Positions 1-9,622 are shown, counted from the stretch's first letter. The stretch: DNA of 64,000 nucleotides from a virus (IMGVR_UViG_3300023242_000004:1-64000), one strand, 5' to 3'. Made by a program: numbers and translations. The notes: generated from the letters alone by a model not told the origin.

Positions 1-84
1 TAAACGATTAGTGGTTTTTAGTTTTACAAACCCATTGGTAAGATGGTGTACCTCAAAATTAGGGTCTTTGCGATTAACGTCCAG

Positions 85-443
85 TGGAGTAGTTGGGGCT
101 CGAACCCAAGTCTTACTAACTCTTCAATGCTTTCTAGGATTATAGGTCATAGTTTTTTTAAACTATCCTAAAATTTACTACCTCTTTTTACCGTGTAATT
201 TAAGTTTCACACCATGGACTACCATTATTTAGTAGATTACTACAATCAAGTGGATTACCACTATGTGTGATATTAGGCTACCGCAAGCTCTCCGTTGAAG
301 CTACATGTAGCTTCGTCAAGGAAATTTTCTGATACGATGAAATCGTTGTCAATTCAATTTTTAATAGGTTATTTAAGTGTTTCCATATAACACTAACCCC
401 TTACTATTTACGACTGTTAGCAATCAAATCCAAAGTCTACCCC
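85..443 (-). ncRNA. ssrA: tmRNA; putative tag peptide (A)DNDFIVSENFLDEATCSFNGELAVA* at 350..273
   Basis: 5' GGGGUAG pairs with 3' CUACUCC-A, including the G3.U70 alanine determinant. T-arm UUGGG-UUCGAGC-CCCAA, 359 nt long, internal ORF ending LAVA-stop. CCA end is not fully encoded. Confidence 0.92.
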
Positions 444-462
444 ATATTTTATTATTTGTTAA

Positions 463-508
463 TCGCTTACAGTTTACGACTATATTCAGTCAATACCGTG
501 GTATCCCC
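463..508 (-). pseudogene. truncated second tmRNA 5' end
   Basis: GGGGATACCACGGTATTGACTGAATATAGTCGTAAACTGTAAG aligns with the intact tmRNA start GGGGTAGACTTTGGATTTGATTGCTAACAGTCGTAAATAGTAAG, then similarity stops. Confidence 0.65.
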
Positions 509-530
509 ATAAAATTAAAGAACTTTTGAT

Positions 531-614
531 TTATAAATATGTGAGTTCAGATTAAAAAACTCACATATTCTAAATCTTTTTACAAAGGTACTAACATTTT
601 TAGTAAAATGCAAG
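531..614 (-). promoter_or_regulatory. tmRNA upstream region: host-type promoter (TTGC...TACCTTTG, 583-590) plus TATTTATA box within a hairpin
   Basis: Motif matches; inverted repeat AATATGTGAGTT...AACTCACATATT. Confidence 0.55.
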
Positions 615-623
615 TATTTTGTA

Positions 624-1358
624 TTATTTTTTTGTTTTTGCTTTTGTTTTTGTTGTAATAACACCATCAACTATACCATAAGCTAACGCTTCTTCAGCAT
701 CTAACCATAAATCACGACTAGCGTCTTTCATAACTTGTTTTGGGTCTTTATTAGTATATTGACCCAACAAAGCGAATAACTTATCATTATATTTTTCACC
801 CTCAGCGATTGATACCCTAATATCTTGAATGTTACCAGAAGCGCCAGTTGATACTTGGTGTAACATAACTCTGGAGTTAGGTAACATATAACGCTTACCT
901 TTGGTCCCAGCACCTAAAAGAATACTACCCATACTTGCAGCCATACCTGTGTTAATTGTAATAATATCAGAGGATATATAATTCATAACATCAACGATTG
1001 ATAAACCAGATTTTACTGAACCACCTGGACTGTCTACGTGAAGTGTAATGTCTCTAACTTCCAAGTTATCCATAAACATCAATTGTGCTTGTACCACCGT
1101 ACTCATTCTATCGTTTACTGGACCAGCTAACCAAATTATTCTATCCATCATTAATCGAGAGAAAATATCCATTTGTGTTACACGCATTTCTCTTTCTTCC
1201 AAAATGTATGGTGTCAAAGAAGCGTTCGCCCCTTGAAATGTCGACATAACCGTTGGATTATATATTGAGTTTTGTAATCGTTCCCAATTAGCAAACTCAT
1301 ATTCAGTAACACCAATATGTTTGGTAGCGTAATCTTTAAATTCGTTTGTATAATTCAT
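624..1358 (-). CDS. clpP: ATP-dependent Clp protease proteolytic subunit
   Basis: DIFSRLMMDRII, DSPGG, GMAASMG (catalytic Ser), MLHQ (His), RDLWL. Confidence 0.96.
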   Translation of the reverse strand: MNYTNEFKDYATKHIGVTEYEFANWERLQNSIYNPTVMSTFQGANASLTPYILEEREMRVTQMDIFSRLMMDRIIWLAGPVNDRMSTVVQAQLMFMDNLEVRDITLHVDSPGGSVKSGLSIVDVMNYISSDIITINTGMAASMGSILLGAGTKGKRYMLPNSRVMLHQVSTGASGNIQDIRVSIAEGEKYNDKLFALLGQYTNKDPKQVMKDASRDLWLDAEEALAYGIVDGVITTKTKAKTKK

Positions 1359-1372
1359 ATTTTTATTTTAAA

Positions 1373-1798
1373 TTAGTTTAATTCTTCTGGTAATTCAAAC
1401 ATTAAATGAATTGGTGTCATTGGCCCGACAAACCCACCAGCAATATTGTAATCGAAATACTCCAACGCCACCATGTATTTTTCGCTATCAATTGTTTCAC
1501 CTTCAAATAATTCAGTTTCATCAACTTGCATGTTTTTCATCAACAATTCAATTATCTTGGTTGTATTATAAACTACCACACCTTCAAATGTTGGTCTATC
1601 CCAAGAATCATATTTATCCTCATCTTCCTCAAACGATTCATAAAATTCTTCGTTTAATTTAATAGGTATTTCACCGTTTATATCGTAAACAACTAGGGGG
1701 CCGAAATCAGTTCTTTCGGCTAACCCTACAATTGCTTTGTCTAAGTCGTCCAATAAAATTGCGTTAGGACTTAAACTTGCTACTTCATCTCTAGTCAT
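1373..1798 (-). CDS. hypothetical phage protein
   Basis: ORF coupled to neighbours; C-terminal ALEYFDYNIAGGFVG-x-x-TPI motif. Confidence 0.7.
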   Translation of the reverse strand: MTRDEVASLSPNAILLDDLDKAIVGLAERTDFGPLVVYDINGEIPIKLNEEFYESFEEDEDKYDSWDRPTFEGVVVYNTTKIIELLMKNMQVDETELFEGETIDSEKYMVALEYFDYNIAGGFVGPMTPIHLMFELPEELN

Positions 1799-2232
1799 TA
1801 TCTGGTAATAGCAGCCACTTCATCATCTTCTTGCTTTTCAGCGTTATAAAGAGTTGTAATCGATTCTCTCAATATATTCCATTTATCGAAAGAGTGTTTT
1901 GCCAATATCCCACTAAACGTAACGACATCTGGTTTACTAATAATGACTCTACCTTTTTCCCCATCGAAATGAATACTTGATAGTGATTCTTCAGCAACGA
2001 TTGTTCTTTGCTCATCAGTCAATTGGTCGAAAATTTTCTCATTCAAAACGATGATAATATCATCACCAGTTCTGTATTTTAATAATTCGGTAGCTTTGTT
2101 AACTTTAAAAATCTCTTTAGCTTTGTTGTTAGTTAAGATTGTAATATTAACGTAATTAGATAACCCAGCTTCTTCAACTAACTGGTTATACAAATCTTGA
2201 GTTTCCTCAAACGGTTCTTCGTACTTTGCCAT
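1798..2232 (-). CDS. putative phage metallopeptidase-fold protein lacking HExxH
   Basis: DIIIVLNEKIFDQLTDEQRTIVAEESLSSI...PDV..FSGIL pattern; upstream TAnnTTTG at 2267-2274. Confidence 0.5.
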   Translation of the reverse strand: MAKYEEPFEETQDLYNQLVEEAGLSNYVNITILTNNKAKEIFKVNKATELLKYRTGDDIIIVLNEKIFDQLTDEQRTIVAEESLSSIHFDGEKGRVIISKPDVVTFSGILAKHSFDKWNILRESITTLYNAEKQEDDEVAAITR

Positions 2233-2363
2233 TTTTTTTGTTTATTTATATTTCTTATTATTTATACAAAGGTACTATTTTATTTATCTATTTGCAACCT
2301 TTAATTAAAAAAATCTATAAAACCTTTATTGTTTTCAAGTGTTTACTTAGTAAAACATGTAAA

Positions 2364-3398
2364 TCATGATTCAAGCTTATACTCATTTATCTTGTCTTTT
2401 AAGTTAATTACAGCCTCTTTAACGTCATCATTTAATTCTTTTGGCATATCTAGAGCTAAAGTAATTATAACATCTCCACGACCTTCTTTTCCATAAATAG
2501 TAATCCCTTTGTATGGGATTCTTAAATTATTACCGACATCACTGTATTCTGGTATGCTAATTCTAATCTTACTACCATCGATAGTCTCTATTTCAACTTT
2601 ATCGCCTAACACTAATTGTGGGTATTGTAGTTTTAAATTAAGCTTTAAATCAGCACCACTTCTAACATATGTTTTATGTTTTTGTTCCATAATTTTAATA
2701 TGTAAGTTGCCTTCGATACCAGATTTAACACCATGACCTTTTTTATCCATTACAAAAATCATACCTTCTTGAACACCAGATGGTACTTCAACATCAACAG
2801 TTTCTTCGACATTTTTTAACCCCTTACCACCACACGACCTACAAATGGTTGTGTATTTTTTACCAGTGGAATCACATGAGGTACAAGCAGATTGTTGTTG
2901 GATATAACCCGTAGATGTTTGGTATACTTGTGTTCTCACACCAGTACCATTACAATCCGAACAATCATGAGTATCAGTACCACCATGACCACCACAATCA
3001 GTACACCCAACATTTCTAGAATATTTGTATGTTTTTTTAACACCACTAAAAATTTCCTCTAGTGTTAATTTAAGAAGTAAGCTCATATTGTCACCCACTC
3101 TAACCCTTGGTTGTTTTCTGAACCTATGACCGAATTGTTCAAACATATCTTCCATATTTCTACCACCATAACCACCACCTTGATTGTGACCAAACCTATC
3201 GTATTTTTCTCGCTTATCAGCGTCTGATAGATATTCATAAGCTTCTGATATTTCTTTGAACTTGTTTTCAGACTCTTTATCGCCTTGGTTTTTATCTGGA
3301 TGGAACTCTTTGGCTAATTTTCGATAAGCTTTTTTTATTTCGTCTGGTTGCGCACCTTTTTTTAACCCTAAAACTTCGTAATAATCTCTTTTGCTCAT
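2364..3398 (-). CDS. dnaJ: DnaJ chaperone
   Basis: J-domain DYYEVLG...HPD, four CxxCxGxG-type repeats, C-terminal substrate-binding domain. Confidence 0.96.
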   Translation of the reverse strand: MSKRDYYEVLGLKKGAQPDEIKKAYRKLAKEFHPDKNQGDKESENKFKEISEAYEYLSDADKREKYDRFGHNQGGGYGGRNMEDMFEQFGHRFRKQPRVRVGDNMSLLLKLTLEEIFSGVKKTYKYSRNVGCTDCGGHGGTDTHDCSDCNGTGVRTQVYQTSTGYIQQQSACTSCDSTGKKYTTICRSCGGKGLKNVEETVDVEVPSGVQEGMIFVMDKKGHGVKSGIEGNLHIKIMEQKHKTYVRSGADLKLNLKLQYPQLVLGDKVEIETIDGSKIRISIPEYSDVGNNLRIPYKGITIYGKEGRGDVIITLALDMPKELNDDVKEAVINLKDKINEYKLES

Positions 3399-3456
3399 AG
3401 TAAGTCTTTATTTTTATACAAAAGTACGTAAATTTATTAAACAAAACAAATTTTTA

Positions 3457-4131
3457 ATGGAATATAGAGTGATTTTATCATCTAATGGTGTTTTTAAAAA
3501 GACTTTACACATCTCTAAAACACCACAAACAGCTTTTCTTAACTACCACAAGCTTAAAGAAGGGAATAATGTCTTGTACCCTAAAAAATTTATAAATAGC
3601 TTAGGCATAAAACCAGTTAGGTACCAAATTTGTGTTACAAAAACAACAGAGGAAGGTGACACGTTTAGATTACTTAGAGATGATTATGGTAAATTATACA
3701 CAGAAAAACCAATAGGTGATTGGACGATAATAGATTCGGACAGTTATCAATTAGAAGAAACATTTTATATTTACGGGTATAAACCAAATAATAATAATAA
3801 TAATAATAATAAAAGACCAAACATCACTGAAATAGTTAAAAGACTCATGGTAAACGCTCACGCAAAAAGAACGGTAAAACAAATTATTGTTGTTTATAAC
3901 AAGTTGATAATTTATAACGAAGACCAGTTTGATATGGTTTTATGTAAAAACTTAGTAGACGCACAAAGATTACACCATACATTAGCTAAGATAGCCAAGA
4001 AACAAAAAATTAAAAGTCTTATGTTTATGGGTACAGCATCAGCAGCAACCATAAGTAGAATATATGATATGATACATTACGAAACTGGTTGGCCTTATAT
4101 TAAGATAAGAAGGACTAGTACACGTCCGTAG
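3457..4131 (+). CDS. hypothetical protein (start reassigned to ATG 3457)
   Basis: Long ORF divergent from dnaJ; contains an (AAT)8 poly-Asn run. Confidence 0.7.
   Translation: MEYRVILSSNGVFKKTLHISKTPQTAFLNYHKLKEGNNVLYPKKFINSLGIKPVRYQICVTKTTEEGDTFRLLRDDYGKLYTEKPIGDWTIIDSDSYQLEETFYIYGYKPNNNNNNNNKRPNITEIVKRLMVNAHAKRTVKQIIVVYNKLIIYNEDQFDMVLCKNLVDAQRLHHTLAKIAKKQKIKSLMFMGTASAATISRIYDMIHYETGWPYIKIRRTSTRP
3787..3810 (+). repeat. (AAT)8 microsatellite encoding poly-Asn
   Basis: Read directly from sequence. Confidence 0.9.
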
Positions 4132-4146
4132 TACCAGTCCTTATTT

Positions 4147-4338
4147 TTATTTAAAAAGTCCTTCTAATTTTACAACCAGAACAGCAATTTTAGCATCATT
4201 TCGATTAATCACCTCTTGAAGGTTCTGAGGAATATTAGTCACATATTCCGATTTAATTTTAGAGTTTTCTCTTTGTAATCTATCACTTTCTCTAATACAT
4301 TCGTCATAGATAAGTGCTTTTTGGTGATTGTTCATCAT
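4147..4338 (-). CDS. hypothetical protein
   Basis: Short ORF in a coupled series. Confidence 0.6.
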   Translation of the reverse strand: MMNNHQKALIYDECIRESDRLQRENSKIKSEYVTNIPQNLQEVINRNDAKIAVLVVKLEGLFK

Positions 4339-4702
4339 TTAAAAAGTTTTGTATTTTTATTAAACCATAAAACCCAGTTTGATTTTTACTGGATAAAATG
4401 ATTTCATTATTGTTTAGGTTTTCATCAAATACTATTTTGTAATGTGATAGATATTTATTTTCACCTTTTGTTCTATAAAATAACATATGTTTAATCATTG
4501 AATCGTGAACAATCGGATGAGTTGTTATGATATCATATTCAATAACTGTTTCGTTAAAAGCCATCGCAATTTTATTTCTTAACCTATTGACCATAGTCAA
4601 TAAAGTAGAATTCCAATCAAATTGTACGGTATATGAATCTATTGTAAGTCAAGATTCTTTCCAACCTAAATAATCCCACGTTAATTCAATTTTTGTTTTC
4701 AT
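4304..4702 (-). pseudogene. ORF with one in-frame TGA (4649-4651); resembles part of a T4-type major capsid protein
   Basis: ATG at 4702 overlaps the upstream stop and is in frame with 4304..4600: MKTKIELTWDYLGWKES*LTIDSYTVQFDWNSTLLTMVN... Confidence 0.55.
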
Positions 4703-5055
4703 TAATCGCAACTACATTTACCATTTGGGTTATCACCACAATTACATGGGTTTACTTCTTCGTCTATTTCAATATCTTCATCTGCGACATCGATGTCTAA
4801 CCCCACAGCAAAACTTTCTTTGATTTCTTCAACCATCTTATTTATTTTTTTCATGTCTGCTTCTGCTACAACAAGTGGATTAATACACTCAATTTTTTCC
4901 TCACCTTTGGTTGGTAAGAAGAATGCTAAAGCGTTAGCGTTTTTATGCGCTAACAAGTTGTTTACCGATTCAGCGAATGGCTGAATAATTTCTGGCATTT
5001 TCATCATATCTGCATCCAAGTAGAATACTATGATTAGCGGATAACCTTCTTTCAT
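4702..5055 (-). CDS. hypothetical protein with Cys-rich tail
   Basis: Ends CNCGDNPNGKCSCD. Confidence 0.7.
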   Translation of the reverse strand: MKEGYPLIIVFYLDADMMKMPEIIQPFAESVNNLLAHKNANALAFFLPTKGEEKIECINPLVVAEADMKKINKMVEEIKESFAVGLDIDVADEDIEIDEEVNPCNCGDNPNGKCSCD

Positions 5056-5060
5056 TTGTT

Positions 5061-5300
5061 TTATTTATTATATGTTGTTATTTCTTCAATCATTTCTTTT
5101 AAGACTGATTTATTCAATGGTTCAGCCATCTCTAAAAGAAGCATGTTAACTCTTTCTTCTTTTGCAACATAACCAATTTCGTTAAAACATTGGGTATTAA
5201 CCCCATCAATAGTTACATATATTAAATACTCACTAATGTAATTTTTTACACTTTTTCGACTATAAAATCGGTCAATTTCTTTTATTATTATTTTTTTCAT
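5061..5300 (-). CDS. hypothetical protein (start reassigned to ATG 5300)
   Basis: TAnnTTTG box at 5315-5322 just upstream of this ATG. Confidence 0.6.
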   Translation of the reverse strand: MKKIIIKEIDRFYSRKSVKNYISEYLIYVTIDGVNTQCFNEIGYVAKEERVNMLLLEMAEPLNKSVLKEMIEEITTYNK

Positions 5301-5424
5301 TGTTTTAATTTTCACAAAAGTAACCAAAAAATTTAAACATGTAAAGTCTAAAATAAAAAAAACCAATAAAGAGTTTTTTTTATACTAATTCACAAGATGC
5401 GGGGGTGTTTACTTCAAACCCTTA

Positions 5425-6876
5425 TTAAACCGTTACTACCGAGTAACGTTCAGAGTCGATAACTGACATCATCATTGAGATTGGTGTCATGTCTTTACCA
5501 CCTAACAAGTTAGTAAGTAAAGATGGGCTAAAACCAGACACCAAAGCAGTGCCATTCGTATCGAACTGAACTGGTTTGTTGTTATCACCTCTAGATTGGA
5601 TATTCCAATATACAATACTAGGCATTTTGTACCCAGCATCTTCGTACATTGTATGAATCATCTCTTGAGCAGTTGGGTTCCATTTGTTAGTACTACGGTA
5701 ACTATTAACTGCCGAATTGAACTCCATATCTGACAAGATAAGAATCATAGTTGGCATCTCATCCCCAGAAACATTTAAAGCTTTTGCTTTTGACAACACA
5801 AGGTTAAATACAGCTTCTAAGTTTGTAGACATCGCCCAATCAGCTCTAGCTAATTGATTGTATCTGTCATTCAACGAACCCTTAAGGATTTGAAGAGTTG
5901 GATATTCGGAAAACGTTACGAAAGCGTCTTGGAATGGACCAACATTTCTTTCAGAGATATATAATCCCAAAGAGATTGCTACATCCATACAAGTTACATT
6001 AGCGTTTCCACCAACTGGACTTTCCATTGACCCCGAAACGTCAACAACTGGAAGTACTCTTTCCGCACTACCTTCCATAAAGTTAGGTAAAGCATCCCAT
6101 TGTACATTAGCACCTTTGGAGTTACCTTGCTTTAGGTTTTTAACTATGTCGTATGGGTACACAGCACCAGCGTTAATTTTTGCTTCACCTTTCTCAACCG
6201 AAGTTAAGTAAGTTTGAAAACGCTCCAAGTCATTTTTTGAGAACGCTTTCATCAAGTCACTCATCGCTTTTGAAGGCAATTTAGAATACTCAATTTTAGA
6301 CCACTCTTTAGCGCACATCAATTGCTCAACTGTGTTAGAGTTTTCTACCAACAATTTACGGTACTCTTTTGGAGTTAACCCTAAATGTTTTCTTAAAGCG
6401 TTTGCCCATCTTTTCTTTTCACGGTTATCTACATTTGGACGTGGCATCCATTTACCCACCAATTTATTATTATTCGCTAACCCATCAGCGATTAATGATA
6501 GAGCATCAGACTCCAAAGGTGTACCCACTAGTACTAATAAGTCATCCCAACGACCAAACTCACTAATCAAGTTCAAGTTTTTACGTAACGTTTCCGTTCT
6601 GTTTTCAGCTAAATATTCGATGATGTCTCTAAAAACTTTACGTTCTCCAGCACCACCTCTTATATCACGTGCCCAGAATAAAAGCCGCATTGCAGTCAAT
6701 GTATCTTCACTAAATGCTTTGGTGAACACGTTGATTAGACGTTGTTTATCTTGACCTCTCATAGCACCAATCTGGAAGAATAAATCAACACAGTGGTTCA
6801 ACGAAGAAGAATTAGTAGACATCCCGTTTTCAGTTAACGAATTTTTTGTTTGCATAGCATTTAATAATGTACTCAT
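5425..6876 (-). CDS. DUF2828 / TROVE-like protein with vWA domain
   Basis: TENG start, RDIRGGAGER, GRWDDL, KWMPR, MIDAS VVDVSGSM, LSDMEF, SGFS. Confidence 0.88.
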   Translation of the reverse strand: MSTLLNAMQTKNSLTENGMSTNSSSLNHCVDLFFQIGAMRGQDKQRLINVFTKAFSEDTLTAMRLLFWARDIRGGAGERKVFRDIIEYLAENRTETLRKNLNLISEFGRWDDLLVLVGTPLESDALSLIADGLANNNKLVGKWMPRPNVDNREKKRWANALRKHLGLTPKEYRKLLVENSNTVEQLMCAKEWSKIEYSKLPSKAMSDLMKAFSKNDLERFQTYLTSVEKGEAKINAGAVYPYDIVKNLKQGNSKGANVQWDALPNFMEGSAERVLPVVDVSGSMESPVGGNANVTCMDVAISLGLYISERNVGPFQDAFVTFSEYPTLQILKGSLNDRYNQLARADWAMSTNLEAVFNLVLSKAKALNVSGDEMPTMILILSDMEFNSAVNSYRSTNKWNPTAQEMIHTMYEDAGYKMPSIVYWNIQSRGDNNKPVQFDTNGTALVSGFSPSLLTNLLGGKDMTPISMMMSVIDSERYSVVTV

Positions 6877-6909
6877 GATTAATAATTTTAGTTAGTTATT
6901 TAAGTGACA

Positions 6910-6940
6910 CAAAGGTACGAACTTAATTCTCTTTTTGCAA
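6910..6940 (-). promoter_or_regulatory. Bacteroidota-type promoter TTGC-N~-TAnnTTTG (representative; also at 583, 2267, 3419, 5315, 10255, 21877, 22467, 31010, 32407, 54746, and + strand 8475, 12312)
   Basis: Recurring CAAAnnTA on + strand just upstream of minus-strand ATGs, often with GCAA further upstream. Confidence 0.75.
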
Positions 6941-7139
6941 GTTTTTTTAACTTTTCTTTTTAAAATATATTTAAAATATTTTTAAATTCTTGTAAACTAA
7001 ACTATTACATTGTTTTTTACTTTTGAAGGTTATTTAAGACAAAATAATAACCTACTTTTCCACCGTAAGGTAATCATAATTTTTACATCTACCAAACTAT
7101 TTCACGAAATTTCTAATATAGATGTATCTGACCAAGTCG

Positions 7140-7565
7140 TTAAATAGTATAAACAAAGGCTTTTATTGTTTTTTGGTCAAATAGGATTTTTGTTGCGATT
7201 CTATGATGTCCATCAATTACGTAATATAACCCATTATAATTTACTAAATACGCACCAGTATTTGGTTCGTGTAGTGTTCCTTTAACATCTTCTAAGTTTT
7301 GTTTACTAATAAATTTTTGGGTTGGTATAATCTTAGAAATATCTACATCTTCTATAGGGTTACGCTCAAATGATTCATCGTCCTTATATATGTTAGTTAT
7401 TTTATTTAATTCTGAGTTATGTCCATCACCATGAGCATTCGGATTAAGAAATATATCTTCAACCCTAATTTTATTGCTATATTTATTACCCATTAAAATC
7501 GTATCACCAACTTCAACTGGAATATCAATTACTTCTCTTAACTTTCTTTTTATGAATTTTTTCAT
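7140..7565 (-). CDS. ParB/Srx-like domain protein with MKKFI..LRE leader
   Basis: IIPTQ and YYVIDGHHR motifs; TATTTATA immediately upstream. Confidence 0.7.
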   Translation of the reverse strand: MKKFIKRKLREVIDIPVEVGDTILMGNKYSNKIRVEDIFLNPNAHGDGHNSELNKITNIYKDDESFERNPIEDVDISKIIPTQKFISKQNLEDVKGTLHEPNTGAYLVNYNGLYYVIDGHHRIATKILFDQKTIKAFVYTI

Positions 7566-7727
7566 GTTTATAAATATCACAAAAAGGGTTTAGTATAATT
7601 ATATTTCACAAACGATATCTTCATTTTCCTTTCACCATCTTTTAAATCTATACCAAAATCGTTCGCTATTGTTTTGAGAAAAATATAATAATTCACTACC
7701 ATTTTAAATTGATATTTAGTAATTCGG

Positions 7728-7955
7728 TTAAACAATTTTATTGATTAATTTGACAATAATACCACCAATAGCTATTTCAAATTCATCGTTAGGTATAAAC
7801 TCTACACTCATGGGGTTAAACATGTAAAAAATTTCTTCGTTTAAGTTAGTGTGGTCATTTTCGGACAATTCATAGGTTAAGATTAACCCATTTTTATGTA
7901 TGGTTTCATCGTTCACTATTGACGTAACCGTTGTTATTAAGTCGTCGTATTTCAT
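7728..7955 (-). CDS. hypothetical protein
   Basis: ORF, stop/start coupled. Confidence 0.6.
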   Translation of the reverse strand: MKYDDLITTVTSIVNDETIHKNGLILTYELSENDHTNLNEEIFYMFNPMSVEFIPNDEFEIAIGGIIVKLINKIV

Positions 7956-8173
7956 TAGAATTTAGTAAATATTTTTTTTAAACTTAACATGAAACACTCA
8001 CCAAAAGTTTTTTTTATTATTTTTACTTTACTTGGATTTTTTTTTATTTCTTGACCCAAGCCAGTTTTTAATTCATTAATGAATTGATTTTTTTTAAGCG
8101 CTGTTTTGTATTTTTCAACAAGCATATCTTTTTCTGCTTGACTAGATTCTCTACCTATCATTTTGTCATTCAT
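7955..8173 (-). CDS. hypothetical protein
   Basis: ORF, stop/start coupled. Confidence 0.6.
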   Translation of the reverse strand: MNDKMIGRESSQAEKDMLVEKYKTALKKNQFINELKTGLGQEIKKNPSKVKIIKKTFGECFMLSLKKIFTKF

Positions 8174-8237
8174 AATATAAGTTTTTTTTAATATAGTTGT
8201 TTTTAATCGATATGTAAATACTTTTATCTGTATAGAT

Positions 8238-8429
8238 TTATTTGATAATATTTTTTGGATTAGAGTTTTTAAAGAAATCTACTTCATCAGTAAACGACCA
8301 AAATTTATCACCTTTTTTTCTTTTGTAGTAAACATCAGAGCCACCAATATCTCTTAATTGATATTGTAATTCTTTGGTTTTACTTTCGGATAATAAATAA
8401 ACTAACCTTTCCCTTATAAATTTTTTCAT
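8238..8429 (-). CDS. small protein with MKKFI..L.E leader
   Basis: ORF preceded by TATTTATA. Confidence 0.6.
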   Translation of the reverse strand: MKKFIRERLVYLLSESKTKELQYQLRDIGGSDVYYKRKKGDKFWSFTDEVDFFKNSNPKNIIK

Positions 8430-8494
8430 TGATTATATTTTATTATAAATATTGACTATCATTATAATTATCACTATATTTGAAACAAAAACAT

Positions 8495-8836
8495 ATGACA
8501 ACACTTATTTTTATATTAATTTGCTATGGTGCCTGTAATAATTTGATTTACGGGTCCATCTTTGAAGGTTGGAGGAAATTTCTAACAAAATTTGGAACTG
8601 GAGGTTACAGTTTATTTAAATTATTTACATGTTTTATGTGTTTAGGTACTTGGATGGGGTTTGCTCTATCGGCAATCATGTCCTATTTTGGGTATTCAAA
8701 TTCAACACCAATTGGTTCAATTGGTGTTGAAAATGTTTATTTGATAGTTTTATTAAACGGGTTATTAGCATCTGGTGGTGTGTGGTTAATTCACACTACA
8801 CAAGAAGCGTTTGAACGAGCTTTTACTAAAAAGTAA
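8495..8836 (+). CDS. DUF1360-like membrane protein
   Basis: Three hydrophobic helices, LFTCFMCLGTW motif; promoter TTGAC...TATATTTG (8475-8482). Confidence 0.6.
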   Translation: MTTLIFILICYGACNNLIYGSIFEGWRKFLTKFGTGGYSLFKLFTCFMCLGTWMGFALSAIMSYFGYSNSTPIGSIGVENVYLIVLLNGLLASGGVWLIHTTQEAFERAFTKK

Positions 8837-8856
8837 TACAAACACCCACAAAAAAT

Positions 8857-8882
8857 AAAAAACCCCTATATGGGGCTTTTTT
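8857..8882. terminator. bidirectional intrinsic terminator
   Basis: AAAAAA-CCCC-TATAT-GGGG-CTTTTTT between convergent genes. Confidence 0.6.
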
Positions 8883-8890
8883 ATTTAAAA

Positions 8891-9622
8891 TCATTTTGAA
8901 TCCATGCATCTATTACACGCTTCATCTGGTCCGCATTCACAGTCGGTATCGTTATCATAGGATTCATTCAACACCATTTCTGATTTCCTTTTAGGTGGTA
9001 ACTCAACTTTATTCGGTACTTTGGTTTGAATGGTTGGTTTTTGTTTATTTCGAATTGCTTTAATGTTTCGTTCAGCTCTGGCTTCTTCTTCTAAAATTTC
9101 ACGTTCATCCTCAGTGAGTTCAATAGTATTACCTTGTTCATCTAAGTAGTGAGCTGGTTTGGTTTCTATAGTTTGTTCTATTATCTCCTCCTCAAAAGTT
9201 TCTACTGATTGTTGTGAATCTATGTCGATATCTATGTCGAAGTTGTTTAACTCACCAATCAACTCTTCTTCAGAAAAAATAAATTTAAGACTAGTTAACT
9301 TTACTAAAGTGTTCTTTTTAAACACCTCTTTTAATTCATTTACTTTTATACGTAAAAGCTCATGTTTTTTTTCTCGTTCTAAATTTAATTTAATCACTTT
9401 ATCAACATAAGCCAATAAACCATCTAAACCAATATTTGTTAAATCACTGAATAACATATAGTAGTTCATCGATTCATCGCCTTTGACTAGTTTTATACTG
9501 TTATCGGGTGGGACCGACCAACCTTCTTTAAATACAGCATCAACTACTGGAGTACCCTCTACATATCGTATACCGATTACATATGGTTGAAGTAAGTCTA
9601 ATGTTCTTTGTATATTTGACAT
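8891..9622 (-). CDS. hypothetical protein, acidic, with Cys-rich tail
   Basis: 243-aa ORF ending CECGPDEACNRCMDSK. Confidence 0.75.
   Translation of the reverse strand: MSNIQRTLDLLQPYVIGIRYVEGTPVVDAVFKEGWSVPPDNSIKLVKGDESMNYYMLFSDLTNIGLDGLLAYVDKVIKLNLEREKKHELLRIKVNELKEVFKKNTLVKLTSLKFIFSEEELIGELNNFDIDIDIDSQQSVETFEEEIIEQTIETKPAHYLDEQGNTIELTEDEREILEEEARAERNIKAIRNKQKPTIQTKVPNKVELPPKRKSEMVLNESYDNDTDCECGPDEACNRCMDSK

Noticed and set aside
1-83. HDV-like (theta) ribozyme or c-di-GMP riboswitch after the tmRNA
   Set aside because: Could not build the required P1/pseudoknot or GNRA-receptor pairings
85-120. Stand-alone tRNA
   Set aside because: The T-arm and acceptor pair with a 5' end ~360 nt away with a tag ORF between them, which indicates tmRNA
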